DNA of 51,418 nucleotides from Hydrurus foetidus (Eukaryota). Positions within the stretch are counted from its first letter, which is position 1; every line of letters starts with the position of its first letter. A program made the translations under genes and the position numbers. Below the pieces are notes generated by a model. That model searched no databases, was not told the origin of the DNA, and worked only from the letters and a program-made list of their open reading frames with translations. Positions 13,060 through 26,200 of this stretch are shown piece by piece. Where the stretch lies: assembly GCA_900617105.1 (NCBI GenBank), contig UYFQ01000073.1, positions 1 through 51,418 of the forward strand. Reading direction: 5' to 3'.

Positions 13060-15223
13060 CTAGACAGTTGAGAAGAAAAGAGAAGAGAAGAGAAGAGAAT
13101 AGACGAGAAGATGAGATAAGATCATAGAGAGAAGTGGTGGTAATTAGTCTCTCGTGATGAGAGACCTTAGATGTGAGAGTTAGGACATAATGTATTCGAA
13201 GTTCGTATATTTGAAGACAGTTATCTATCTGAATGTCTGGATGTTCAACTATATGCTTTTAGAAAAGTCCGAACAATGGTCAACGATAGTAATGCATTCG
13301 ACTGAGAATAATGCTGTTGTGTGATTGCATGCGGTAAATTTAGAATTATCATCAAGTGATTCGGAGCTGCTGAGGATGCAATTCGTGACATAAGAAAACG
13401 ATGTGTTGGAGCGTTTAAGCAGAGCGATTTCACATTCACCTCTCCCACTGGAAACGATTTAGCGCAAGGGCAACTATGCATCTCAGAAACTGTTGTCGAG
13501 ATCGGAAATTGACGGCAGCTATCGGATCTATGCCGATGCTTCAGTCACTAGATGTTGCATTTTTTCACTTCACTCATTCAGTCGTAAATTTCAGGCTCTA
13601 CAGTAAACAGGGAAAAACTGATATCGTACGAAGCTAATTATGTCAGTAGAGAGCAGTTGAAGATGTCAGTGCACCCTCGTGATAGCAATGTTCGGATATC
13701 AATTCCAAAATCTCGCTGTTATCTGACGTCTTTATATTTCAGATTTCAGTTGAGCTTGTCGGAACTGCGTAATCTTCGGTAACGCAGCTCTACAGATTGG
13801 CACAAACTGAACAAGCTGGTGGGCTCGTTGTGGACCGTAATATTTTCGAATCGAAAACTATAACATGAAAGTACCGTAGTTTGGCCAATAATTCAGTGAG
13901 GATCGATCAGCGCATTGTGCATTGTGCCTGCGCATTGTACGACGTCGTCAGGGAATCGGTAGCGGACCTTGGATCTCGATCTCTCGTTTGAAATCACATC
14001 ATGGGTTCGGTTGTGTGTGGGTTGCAAGTTGTTGCAAGTCAGTCGGAACCAGAACCAGGAACCAGAAATTTCCTGTCAGATCGTTAGTTTCGTTGCCGAG
14101 CACCGCAAAAAGGAATCACGAAGTATTCAGTATTCAGTAATGTGTCTTGCATACAGTAATATGTCGAAAATTCATGGGGTACATTTCAACATTTGAATTG
14201 ACATTAGCGATGACATTCAGATCGGCGGTACTGCTCAGGCAGATATGATTCGAGTTCGTAAAAAGTTTTCTCATACGCGATTACAACTACAGCAAAAATT
14301 TTGTGTAGAAATCTGCAACGTACATTGGACATCAGAATACTTTCACATTACCGCAAAAAATTATCCACATCGCACAGAAATAAAAGATAGGAAGCAGAGA
14401 AGAAATGAATGGCAGAAATGACTAATGTAAAGGAATAGAAAGAACGGTCTACTAAAAGATAAATACTAGATGTTTCTTCAGATTAAGATTAAAATCATTT
14501 GCCTGATCGCCCATGAAAAAGATGTTTCGGCTTCATTGCGTGGGGCGGATAGTGCGTACTTACTTCAATGTGCGATGTATTTAAGAACTGTAGAAAGAAC
14601 ATAGAAGGCGCCGTTGTTCACAGTCATACATCTCATCTCAAATGAATACACAACGCCATGCAAGTGAGTTGCTAACCACTACAAGACCATTCAGTTACTT
14701 GTCATTTTATCGACTCGTTCCTTCGATGATGACACGGAAAACGTCAGTGATTCCAAACGGTTCCTGGTATAGGCACTTATCATCCTATCTTGACAAAGAT
14801 CACGGTTAATATAGAAACTCGCTGATTTTTTAAGATTAGATGGTAAGTTATTCTAGCTCCGAAGGGATTTTCAACATTTAAATGTAAGCTGAATGAGAAG
14901 ACATTGGTCAACAATGTTATCTACGGAGGGCGGGAATGAATTTGCACAAAGCCTCGTTTTTACATAAGCGGCTGCATGATCATCTCCGAATAATGTAGTA
15001 ACTGTAGACGGCGCAGATTGGTATATCATCAAATTGCGTAATTTTAGGTCGTGTTCGATGGAGTGAGCTTGTTAACCGTAATAGTTCGGGGACACAGTAC
15101 AAGTTCGGCATGTTTCCATTTATTCGTCATCGTGATCAGTAGTCTGTTGAGATTTCTCTGATCTGAATCACGCTTCAGCACGAACATCGTGTCAATATCC
15201 TCGTTGATAAAGACTCGAAAATT

Positions 15224-15466
15224 TTACGATTCATTCCTTTCATTTGAAGAGGCATTTTGCGCAAGTTCTCTGTCATATTCATTCCTTTGTTCCGCTAAAG
15301 ACTTTTCCTCCTGTGAATCAACCAAATCCTTGAAATACTTATGGCTGAATTCAAGTAAATCTAGTGGGTTGCTTCTGATCACAGCTTTAGTGTACTCCCG
15401 AATAATTTTTGAAAGATCTGGATGAACCCGAATCTGCTCAGCAGAAAAGATTCGATCGGCTTCCAT
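15224..15466 (-). CDS. RIIa dimerisation/docking-domain protein (radial spoke RSP11/ropporin-like)
   Basis: 80-aa ORF containing IFSAEQIRVHPDLSKIIREYTKAVIRSNPLDLLEFSHKYFKDL. This matches the RIIa D/D domain with the 'IF.AEQI' lead-in typical of RSP11/ROPN1L. Confidence 0.85.
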   Translation of the reverse strand: MEADRIFSAEQIRVHPDLSKIIREYTKAVIRSNPLDLLEFSHKYFKDLVDSQEEKSLAEQRNEYDRELAQNASSNERNES

Positions 15467-15880
15467 TTTAGATGAACTAAAGCGCTGTTTTGACGAAGCA
15501 GCTGCAGGCAGAGCTTTTCTGGATTGGACGTCGTTCTTCTTCTGATTTGTGGAGCTTCTTTACAAAAGACATGATTGATGTCGATATAGAGCGATGCCAG
15601 ATGGAAAGCGATGAGCCGTTTCACTGCGAAAGTGAACGATGATCTTATCCGGAACTCGAATCACGAATGGAACCAGAACCTTTCAGTTTCATCCTTCGGA
15701 AACCTGACCAAATGTTGGTCATCTGATAGAGATCAACAGACATCGAGACGAGAATCAATTTTTATCTGACATTTTGAAGAGTTGCATTGGAGACGAATTT
15801 ATCGCCTCTGCTGATCTACTGAGAAAGATTTTCGAATTCGCCATTATCCAACGCGTTTACTCCGAAGTTAGAGAGGACAA

Positions 15881-18800
15881 ATGGATAGATTTAATAAATT
15901 GAATTCATATTTTGTAGATAAGGAGAGAAAGAGGCTGGATGCTATCGCGAAAGATACGAAATCAGGACTGCCAGAGATGTCTCCTGCTGAGATTAAAGTC
16001 TCGTGCTTGGAAAATGGTTAGTAGAGCTGTTGAAGAATTCTCAACAGCAACTGTGGATATGTTAGGTGAAATAAATCTCTATCGTCGCAGGTGGCTACGA
16101 AACTCCGGAGCTTAATGACAAAATCTATCTGCACTTCAGGGGATTTAAGAAAATAGAGAATTTAGAACCTTACACGGGTTGCAAAGCTATCTGGCTGGAC
16201 AGCAATGGCTTCTCAGAAATAGAAAACTTACAATGCCTAGAGAAACTGAGATGCTTGTATCTCAGCAAGAATTTGATATCCAGAATACTGGGGCTGGACA
16301 CTTTGAAAGATCTTACTATCCTTGACCTATCGAACAATCGGCTGACTCATATTGATAATCTTCAGGAATGTTCTTCTCTACAAACGATAAATCTCTCGAG
16401 AAACTTCCTAACATCTCCTGAGTCGATAAAGCATTTCAAGGATTGTCTAGCGCTGCAGAATATTGATGTGACAAACAACAAACTGGAGTGTGATGAAGAG
16501 TTTTTCGATGTTCTGAAATCTATTCCTTCTTTAAAAGCGCTTTCTTGCAATGGTAACGAGTTAACCAGATTGCCTCACTTCAGAAAAAGGTATTACTCCT
16601 CTCATCTTCATCTCTCCACTCCATCTCTTCTCCGATCACGAGACTCTCCATAAAGTCTAATTAGTATAAGAATAGTGCCATCAGGAAAAGATTCTCTCGT
16701 TTACTTCTTGTTTTGGATCATTACAATCATCATAATTTTACAGGCTGATTTCTTCGATTTCTGCGTTGGGGTACTTGGACCGGCCCGTTGACCCCCAAGA
16801 AAGATACATAGCAGACGCGTTCATGACAGGTACAAATTCTACATATGTGTTTTTTACATTCTGTTCAGTGTCTTTTTATCGTCACTCTTCCTGAAATGCT
16901 CCACTCTTCAGTGGCAAGATGCGTCCTCTATAATGGTATGAAATAGATGCTTATTCAAATCAAATATCGAAAAGGAGCATCTGTCCCATTTATTCGATTT
17001 TCATTATTCCTCCTAGTCGACTTCATTTCGATACTTTCAGTGTTCATTACAATTATATTCTCATTCTCATTCTCATTGTCATTGTCATTCTCATTGTCAT
17101 TTTATTTTTATTTTTATTTTTATTTTCTATTAAAGGCGGAATAGAGGGCGAGGTGCAAGCTAGAGAAAACTGGCGAGCTGACCAGTTGAAGAGAAAGCAA
17201 GAAGAACAAGAGGCGACCAAAGTGCGTTACACTTTGATTTTGATGCTGTTTTCGAGAATTACGAGTCTTTCTTTAGAATTATATTTTCATCTTAATTGTC
17301 TTGCGTCATCTGCCCTATTTTCCTCTTTCATTGTTATTTCAATTCCATCTCTTTCTGTGATTAGAAATATCGCGAGGAGCAAAGGAAGATCAGAGAAGTC
17401 GCGAAGAATACCGCTGATTCGCTGAGAGCGAAGGTGAGGTCGCTAGTTGCTATATGATAGTGTAAATGAGAGAATATGCATAGCACGAGTAATTACACTT
17501 CTTATACTGTATTTTCGCATGCGTATGTGCGAATCAGAATAAAAGATTCCGTTCCTAAGCAGTAACATTATTCAAAATTTAAAAATGCACAATTTTTTGG
17601 ATTAAAATGTCCAAGCTGTAAATTTTGTTCATCGCGTTCTTAGGAAACAAGAGTATCGAGGAACATATACTGAATTTAAATTACATCAAATCACAGCGCT
17701 TGGCAGACATTGCGGATGGGACTCTTGTACTAAATAAAGAGGAGCAATCAGAGTTAGAAAAAGGAAATGAAAAGGAAATAAAATCCTTAAGGTGATCTAT
17801 CGCCACTTGATAAATTTGGTGTCGTCACCTTTATTCTGTTCTATCTTTATTTTGCTGTAGAGCGTAATATCCACGGTAAACATTTATTGATTCCTGTGAC
17901 AAGCGTTGCTGTACTCGTAATCTTGTAGTCCTTCCATCCCCTTTAACATCTCTTCTCCTCTCTTTTATTCATTCTTCTCATCTCTTATCTTCAAACCTTT
18001 TTCTCTCTGTCCTCTTCTCTTCTCTTTTCACTTTTTTCTCCTCATCTCATCTCACCTCATCTTTGACCTCTTCCCTTTTTTCTTTTTCTTTCCCCTCTCA
18101 GCCCCACACGTGCTCTCACTAAGGAGGAACTGGAAGAAATCGAATCATACGATTCAGCAACTTTCTCAGCCTACAAATATTCTTATGACCAAGCATGCGA
18201 TGTTTTTCAAATTAAAGACAGCAAAGGAAAGGAAGAAGAGGGAGACAAAGATGGAAGTGACACTAAAATGAGCGTATATGCCGAATCGAGCAGCAATAAT
18301 GATGGAAATGGTGAAGACAGCATCAAATTTTCAAAAGTAGAAGAAAGTTTGAATCCAGTTGAGATCGATTTGGAAGAAGATCACGACGCCATGGAACTCA
18401 CAGAGATTAATAATTTAAATGAGCAAGAGATAGAATTGAGAAAAGTAAAAGAAGAAAATGATTTCATACAGGGAAAGGAAGAAAAAGAAAAAAACGACGC
18501 GGCAGAGAAAGAAGCTGCTCAAGGTAAGAAAATTAGGTGCTATTTCAGAAAATTAGATGTGGAATCTTTCAATATATTTCTATTATGTATGTCTAATTTT
18601 TTACGAAATTTGTATTTGAAACTAAACTTTTTTCTTTCACTTTCGTTACACCATGCTGTGTTTTTTAATTTTATGAAGTAGTACGCTTCTTTCCTATTTT
18701 TTGTCTTTATTATTCAAGAATACTGCACACGCTTTCTAAAAAGTCAGCAAGAAGGAATTGTGCTCAATCCAAATACCTTTATATCAACCCTAATTTCATT

Positions 18801-20366
18801 GTTTTTTTTTTGTTTTGTCTTGATACAGAGAGAAAAGTACTGGCAATGGAAAAGGAAAAAAGAGAAAAACTTGTTTCTGACAGTGTACAAATGTTTAAAA
18901 ATCAAATGATAGTAGAAAAAAATAACAACAAAAAAAGTGAACAAGAAAATCAGAAGAAAAAAAATAATGTTTGGGAAAATGGTAATTTTGAAGTAGAAAG
19001 TAAAATAGAGGAAAAAGAAGAAATTGAAATGAGAATGAAAATGAAAATCCTGTTGAATGAAGATGGAGACGAAACAGATGTGGAATGCAGCGGTCCAAGT
19101 TCTGATTATTACAAAGTGAGTGATTGTAATTTCTGTCCACGTTAATGTAAATACGAATTATCATGCGATATTCTGTTTAATGCGAAATCTCAAACGATTT
19201 TCTGGGTTTCATCACAGTGTTCAGCGTTCACTTCTACCCTGTTGTGCTGTGTTCTATTTCAATGTCGTTCTGTGTTATGATTTTTTCTTCCTGTGCCATT
19301 TTGTAATCGCATAACTGCATCACATCTACACATCTAGCATCTAATCAAAAGAAATCCCACCTACACCTAATCCCTTTCTCTAATTCCCTCGCTCTCTCTT
19401 TACACCGCAGTTACGGCCACCCTTGCCCCCTTCTTTCTTCTTCCTCCTCTACTACTACCTCTTTCTCTACCTCTCCTTCTTCTTCTTCTTCTTCTCAATA
19501 TTTGTATTGGTCCGAGACTATGGACCTTGGACTTGCAGATTCCATCCGGTCTTGCTTGTTTGACTTCCAAGCTGTGAGCGACTCTCTCACAGGTATCCCG
19601 ATTTACTTCACCTTATCTTTCCTTACTTTTATTTTTACTTTATTTTACTTTTACTTTATTTTTTTCTTACATTTTATTTACTTTTACTTTTACTCTTACT
19701 TTTACTTTTATTTTATTTTACTCTTTATTTTACTTTACTCTTTTTTTACTTTACTTTTACTTTTATTTTACTTTACTTTTACTTTACTTTTACTTTACTT
19801 TACTTTATTTTATTTTTACTTTTATTTTTTTTTTTTACTTTATTTTACTTTTACTTTTCTTTACTTTATTTTTACTTTATTTTACTTTACTTTACTTTAC
19901 TTTACTTTACTTATGCAACTCACATCAAAAGCCATCACCTGGTGTGTTTATATCGTATTATATGCTGTTTGTCTTGTGATATGCTGCAGTGTTTGTGACA
20001 GGTATTGTGTTGTGTTGTGTTGTGTTGTGTTGTGTTGTGTTGTGTTGTGTTGTGTTGTGTTGTGTTGTGTTGTGTTGTGTTGTGTTGTGTTGTGTTGTGT
20101 TGTGACAGGTGGGTTGTCAAGATGTATACATCACTCGCTCTCTCGCCCACACACTCACTTGTTACCCTACCTCCCTTCCTCCCTGTTACCCTCTCTGTCT
20201 CTCTTTCTTCCTTTCCTCCTCTATTATACCTCTATCCCCCTTTTAACCTTCCTCCCATTTCCCCTCCCTCCTTTTTTTCCAGCTTCAGCCCTCAAGGGAT
20301 CTCTGGGTCATTCCGGAGACAGAGCCGTGAGAGAAGTAGCAAATGGAGGTGAGAGAGAAAAAGAAA

Positions 20367-20410
<44 letters not shown>

Positions 20411-21732
20411 CAGTTAGAGTTAGCAAGTAAGGATGAATGAAGTTTGACCTTCAGAAATAGATGGCTTCGTATTGGGCAATCTACGATGGAAACACCATCA
20501 TTTTCCTTTTTGAAATCCTCATCCTCTCCTCATCGTGCTCCTCGTCTGCCTCCTCTACTACACCTCCTCCCGATCACTATCTCTTCCAATCGATAGAACC
20601 TCCTTTCTCATTGCTTTCCTTCTCGTCCTTCCGAGCGCTCTCCTTCCCCACCCCTACTCCCGACTCCTTCGTCTCTGTCCATGCGCACTTACACCAACAC
20701 TGTTACGTACTTCGTACCCCAGGGTTTTCTCAACTGACCCCCGATGCGTGCCGATTGAGATGGGCAGAGCTGGATGCTGAGAAGTGGAGCCAAGTAGCTC
20801 CAAACACTACGTACGTACGCATGTATGTACGTACGTACATATATGTATACATAAACACGTACACACTTACATACTTCATACATGTTGCCCCCATTTCATT
20901 TCATCGTCTCTATTTAATCGAATTCTTTGCTTCTCCTCTTTTCATCTCATCTTTATTTTCCCCAGTCACTCAATTTGAACCACTCTGCTTTCATTCCTTT
21001 ACTCCCACTCCCACTACCTTACGATGCTCTTAGCTTAGCTTCCAATATTTATTCATATCATATCATCTTTTCTGAATTCATTTACTCCCTTCTTTTTCTT
21101 TTAACTTTATTTGTTCGTTCAAACAGGGCGCTTGATACGATCCACAAAATATGTGTGAACAAATCAGAAGGTATCGCTGTCAACCGGGCACACGCACACT
21201 TCACTTTGACCCTCCCTCCTCTTTTCTCATTGCGTTTAATTACACTTTAATCGCTACTCCTATTCCAGCAATTATTCCAGCAAGCGCCCTTTCTCTTCAT
21301 TCTTCTTCCTTCTTCCCTCCATTCTTCTTCACTGTATCCCTGTGTTGTTTATTCTTCCTCTTTTTAATTCACTTTCCCTTTTTGTTCGTATCTTGTTACG
21401 ATTGCACTGCATTTAATTTGCTTCAATGTGTTCGTCACTGTGTTTGCATAAAAGTTGCAGAGAGTAAGCATGCATGTCCGTGTCTGTTGTCTAGCTGCTT
21501 ATCTCCATGTCCACTAATGTGTTGAGTCTAACGATGACCACACTCCATTCATCCACCTAACGCACTCTCCGTATCGGTTTATATGACTTCAGGGGGTCAG
21601 CTGAACTACCACTCGCTGTCCTCTCTAGCGTCCGGCACTACTTCAAAGTACCTCATAGCGCCCACTCAGTTCCCATCAGTCGGAGACAATGAGGAGGAGG
21701 AGGAGGAGGAGGAGGAGGAGGAGGAGGAATGA
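15881..21732 (+). CDS. DNAAF1: Dynein axonemal assembly factor 1 (LRRC50/ODA7-like leucine-rich-repeat protein) with a long C-terminal extension; about 13 exons
   Basis: Exons 15881-16016, 16091-16589 and 16744-16829 give [38 protein letters not shown], several LRRs and [34 protein letters not shown], the DNAAF1 signature. Further phase-compatible exons lie near 17136, 17365, 17697, 18102, 18828, 19411, 20283, 20723, 21127 and 21593. They end in a poly-Glu tract and TGA at 21730-21732. There is one apparent 1-nt frame discrepancy near 19431-19440. Confidence 0.88.
19620..20103. repeat. Degenerate (TTTAC)n tract followed by (GTGTT)n microsatellite in a DNAAF1 intron
   Basis: Low-complexity TTTAC/TTTTA run at 19620-19912; pure GTGTT run at 20005-20103. 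Confidence 0.9.
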
Positions 21733-23291
21733 GATAGAGAGGAAGGCACCTCTTCACTTCTCTTCTCTTGACATTTCTTCCTGTTTCTTTTTTCTCTTCT
21801 CACTTCGTACTAATCTCATGGTGTAATCATCATTGAAATAAAACATTTCGTATTTAATTTCTAAATTCTCTTCACTCTATTTCCCCTCACACTCATTCTT
21901 ATTGTTTTCATTTTTCTCATCTTTCTCTTCGTCTTCACTGCATCTATCATGTGTGCTGTCTATCAGACACAATAAAACACATCGTGCACCATGGATCGAT
22001 GCTGACATCGCATATCTGTAGACTGATGTTGGCAGTATTGCATCTGAGCGTCTTCCTCTCGGTAACACTTGCAAAACATTAAACGTTAAAAAAACTTGTA
22101 ACTTTTGTGATTTCTTAATTACCACCTAATTAATTTAATACTATCCACATCACAAGTGCAAATGTAATTTATGATTCTTGGCTCTAGATTCCATCATCAT
22201 TACGTTACAAATGAGATTGGAACAGTCATAATGAAAGATAGAGTTGGTTAAATTGAATTGATTCAAATTGATTTAAATTACATTTAATTGAATTAAATTG
22301 GAGACAAATAGAGGAGGGATGTCGTCAATGTTGTGGTAGTGGTGCACAACGCATTTGACCCATTTACACAACACTGATGATTCACTCTCTCGATGCTATT
22401 CCTTTGCAGAGCAGAGAGCAGGAACGGTTACACACACGCACGATGGGCACACATGTACATGCAGACATGTATGCATGGATGTTCATGTGTAGACATAGTG
22501 GTGGCATGTACGTACATGAGTACGTTACATTCTATCATAGAAGAACACGAGTAACAGCAGTCAAACAGCGATCATATTGACAGGTACAAGCGACACTGAC
22601 ACTGACAATGACACTGACAGCGAAGATGGTGGCAACAAGATTATCGTGGTGCTAGTGATGGAAATGACAGTCGTACTCGTAGCGATGATTATGTCGAGAG
22701 AACGACAACGCTGACATCAATGCAGATGATCATCTATGTGTGACGTGTGATCGGTTGACTTTCATGTTGTGATGTGGTGGTTGCGATGTGATGATTGCGA
22801 TGTGGTGATTCGATGATGATTACATGATCATGACCATACTAAAGATGGATACTGACACAGTGTAAAGACCAAGTTCAAATTATGTCGGATGTTACGACGT
22901 CTTGCGATAATATTCATGCAGCAAGGGTGTTAAGAAGACGTACAGAGTCTCACACTTGCTAACAGTGCGGTGCATTTACGTGCAGATTGGATTGTTTTGA
23001 TCAGTCACAGTGGCGTGTAGAGGTGCAAGCATGATACGCTGTGTAGACGACAATTCTGTACTCACTGTGTTGTGCTATATTGTACTATTCTACGCTGTAC
23101 TGCACTGTACAACACCGTGTCATACTGCACTGTGTTGTGTAGTACCACACTGCACTACAGCGCGATGCTGTATTCACGTACAGTACCCTATTCAGTACGG
23201 TACTTAAACAGAAATGTCAAAGTCGTTTCTAAACGTCAGAATCGGTTTAACTAAATGCCATTAACCACAAAGATGATCCAAGTATCCGGTT

Positions 23292-26200
23292 TCACTTCAT
23301 CTCCCCACACGTCATTTCAAGGTGATTAATTCTGTTTTTCAGAGCTGTTACTTCTGATCGCATTTCCTCTGTTAATTGCTTCACGGCAGACGCAATGAGC
23401 ACGGATGCTTTCGAGTAGAAGACAGCGCTGTATCCCTCTGCATCTTCCTCCACCTATATAGAGAGGAGGGGAGAGGGGAGGGGAGAAGAGAGAAGAGCAG
23501 GGAGGAGTGGGGAGGGAAAAGAAAAGGGAAGAGGAATGAAGAGAAGAAAAGAGAAGAGAAGAGGAGAGAGAAAATAGAATAGAATAGAATAGAATAGAAT
23601 AGAATAGAATAGAATAGAAGAATAGATTAGAAATGAAATGAAAGGAAATGAAAATAGGATGGATGGATGGATGGATGGAAAGGGGAGGGGAGGAGAAGGA
23701 TCGCATGAGACAAGGCCTTGGAGGGGGTAGAATGCAAGTAAGGCAGTGCAGGATCGAATATGGTAGTAGTGGACGACAGGATAGAAGGGAGTGGACTGCT
23801 AAAGGATAGTACAACAACGTACCATGATATGGTATGGTATGTTATGTTATAATTCAAAAGGAGAGAAACAAGGATGACATTGCATAGCACAGTATAGCAT
23901 TGTATAACTGAGTATAATGTCACATGGTACGACACTAAATTGCAAATCCATTGTTTGGCGATAATCCTTACAACGCATAGCAATTCTGTAAAGAATCGTC
24001 ACGAAGAGAGGTGGAGTGTTCGTTGGCACTCTTTCATAAACTGCACCCAAGTAATCCACTCTTAATCAGCATCTAATCTTACCAGTTGAGGAGCAACATT
24101 TCTGACTTCATCAGCAATCCAACCAACTTGTGCTGCACTTGGAAAGTGGCGAGTTGGGAAGTCCGCAGTGCGGAATAGATAGGAGACCTGCGTGGTGAGG
24201 ATAGTGTGAAGCACTTATGGGTGAGATTCGTATGCAAGAAATAGATCCGATTTGAGTGGATTGACATCTACATGTAGACATGAGTGGGAACAGAAGACAG
24301 ATCAGGGGAAAAGTTTGTCAAGACGTGATGGAGTGGAGAAGAGAAAAGTAGAGTAGTGTAGAGTGCAATATGACCTTATAAAGAAACGAGGTACGAGTGT
24401 AGACACGATGTAAGTGATCACCATCATCAATGTAATCATATAGTAACGATAATTATCGGAAAGAATTGAGAGATATTCATGGAATCAGAAAAAAGAGTGA
24501 GCATTTACGGGACAGAGAATGTGGACAGAAATGCATCCATCAAATGAACTACAAAAACGAAATAGAATGAAATACACCTCTGCTTTTTCTTTCCCTCCCT
24601 CCCTCCCTCCCTCCCTCCCTCCCTCCCTCCCTCCCTCCTCCCTCCCTCCCTCCCTCCCTCCTCCCTCCTCCCTCCCTCCTTCCTTCCCCTCCTCACAGTC
24701 ACATACATGCACTTACCCCTGAGAGCTTGTTGACCACATCGAGTGAATGGGCACCGTCCAACGGCTCAATGTCGTACTTAAATCTCCTGTCGGAAGAATC
24801 CATATAGGGACCCGAACCCATCACACTGCCGTGCACAGATAGAGCTCCGCCTAGGGGGAGAAGGAAGGAAGGAAGAAAGGAAGAAGGGGAGGGAGAGAAG
24901 GAGAGAGTGAATTGAACAGAAACAAATGAAATGGAAATAAGTGAGATCAAATAAGTTCATTAGAGATGAGAATAGAATGGGAAAAAATGATTAGAATGAT
25001 TAGCATCATAGAATATATGGCCTTATGTATGCACGGAATCAGTTTCAATCTGTGTAATTCAATCCAATTCAATTCAATTCAATTCCATTCCATTCCATTC
25101 CATTCCATTCCATTCCATTCAATTCCATTCCATTCCATTCAATTCAATTCAATTCAATTCCATTCCATTCAATTCAATTCAATTGTTTATGCGGCATACG
25201 GTCTACCTACGGTTACTGTGCCTTCGACGTCCAACACTCCCGTCACGTCCAATCTATCGGCTGAGAAGTTTACATTATTGGTAGAAATAAGAAAATGAAA
25301 ATGAAAGTGAAAATAAAAATAAAAATACAAGCAAAAAAGAGAATAAAAATGGAAATGAAAAAAACTGAAAGCAGGAATAAAAGTAAAGACGAGAGTGCCA
25401 ATTGAATTGAAGACATAGGATAGAATTTGATGTATTACATGTGGGGAAGACGTTTCATTGAAATGAATATTGGAGATGGGGATCAGAAGTGGTAGGGAAA
25501 ATCTAGGACCGAGTGGTGGTGATGACTGCCCGATGAGATTGTGCGTGAGAACAGGTGTGTCGAAGAGATGCTGTATGAGACAAGACAAGACAAGACAAGA
25601 CAAGACAAGACGAGACAAGACAAGACAAGACAAGACAAGACAAGACAAGACAAGACAAGACAAGACAAGACAGGGCAAGACAAGACAAGACAAGACAAGA
25701 CAAGACAAGACAAGACAAGACAAGACAAGACAAGACAAGACAAGACAAGACAAGACAAGACAAGACAAGACAAGACAAGACAAGACAAGACAAGACAAGA
25801 CAAGACAAGACAAGACAAGACAGGGCAAGACAATACAAGACAAGACAAGACAAGACAAGACAAGACAAGACAAGACAATACAGGGCAACATGAGACGAGG
25901 CATCGTAGAAAATGTTACACTCAGTAAAATTATTTTACGCAAATAGATATAACAACTTTTGATTTTGACTCAACAAAATTGAATACACTTTACTGGAAGA
26001 TCACGGCTATTCCGTTATAATTCTTCTCAGCACTTACTTGTTATACCGGCCATGCCGTGTATCTCCCCTCCAAATATAACCGGATTTATGATGTTTGCAC
26101 GGCTGATGTTGAGCCTCATCCCCAAAGGGAGAAGGGGAGGACTTAAGGAACCTAGGGCCAGGGTCCCGTTGTTCAGAAGGGTCAGGGAGGAGGGACGGAG

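Noticed and set aside
23292..24850. S74 domain as a prophage or bacterial contaminant
   Set aside because: The domain is split by two spliceosomal introns with host-type repeats and is fused to a eukaryotic signal peptide and EGF modules.
25187..25946. Long ORFs such as (CLVLS)n and (QDKTR)n
   Set aside because: They are translations of the (GACAA)n intronic microsatellite. The same applies to the CIVLY, HYTTL, SQSV and ILFYS ORFs elsewhere.
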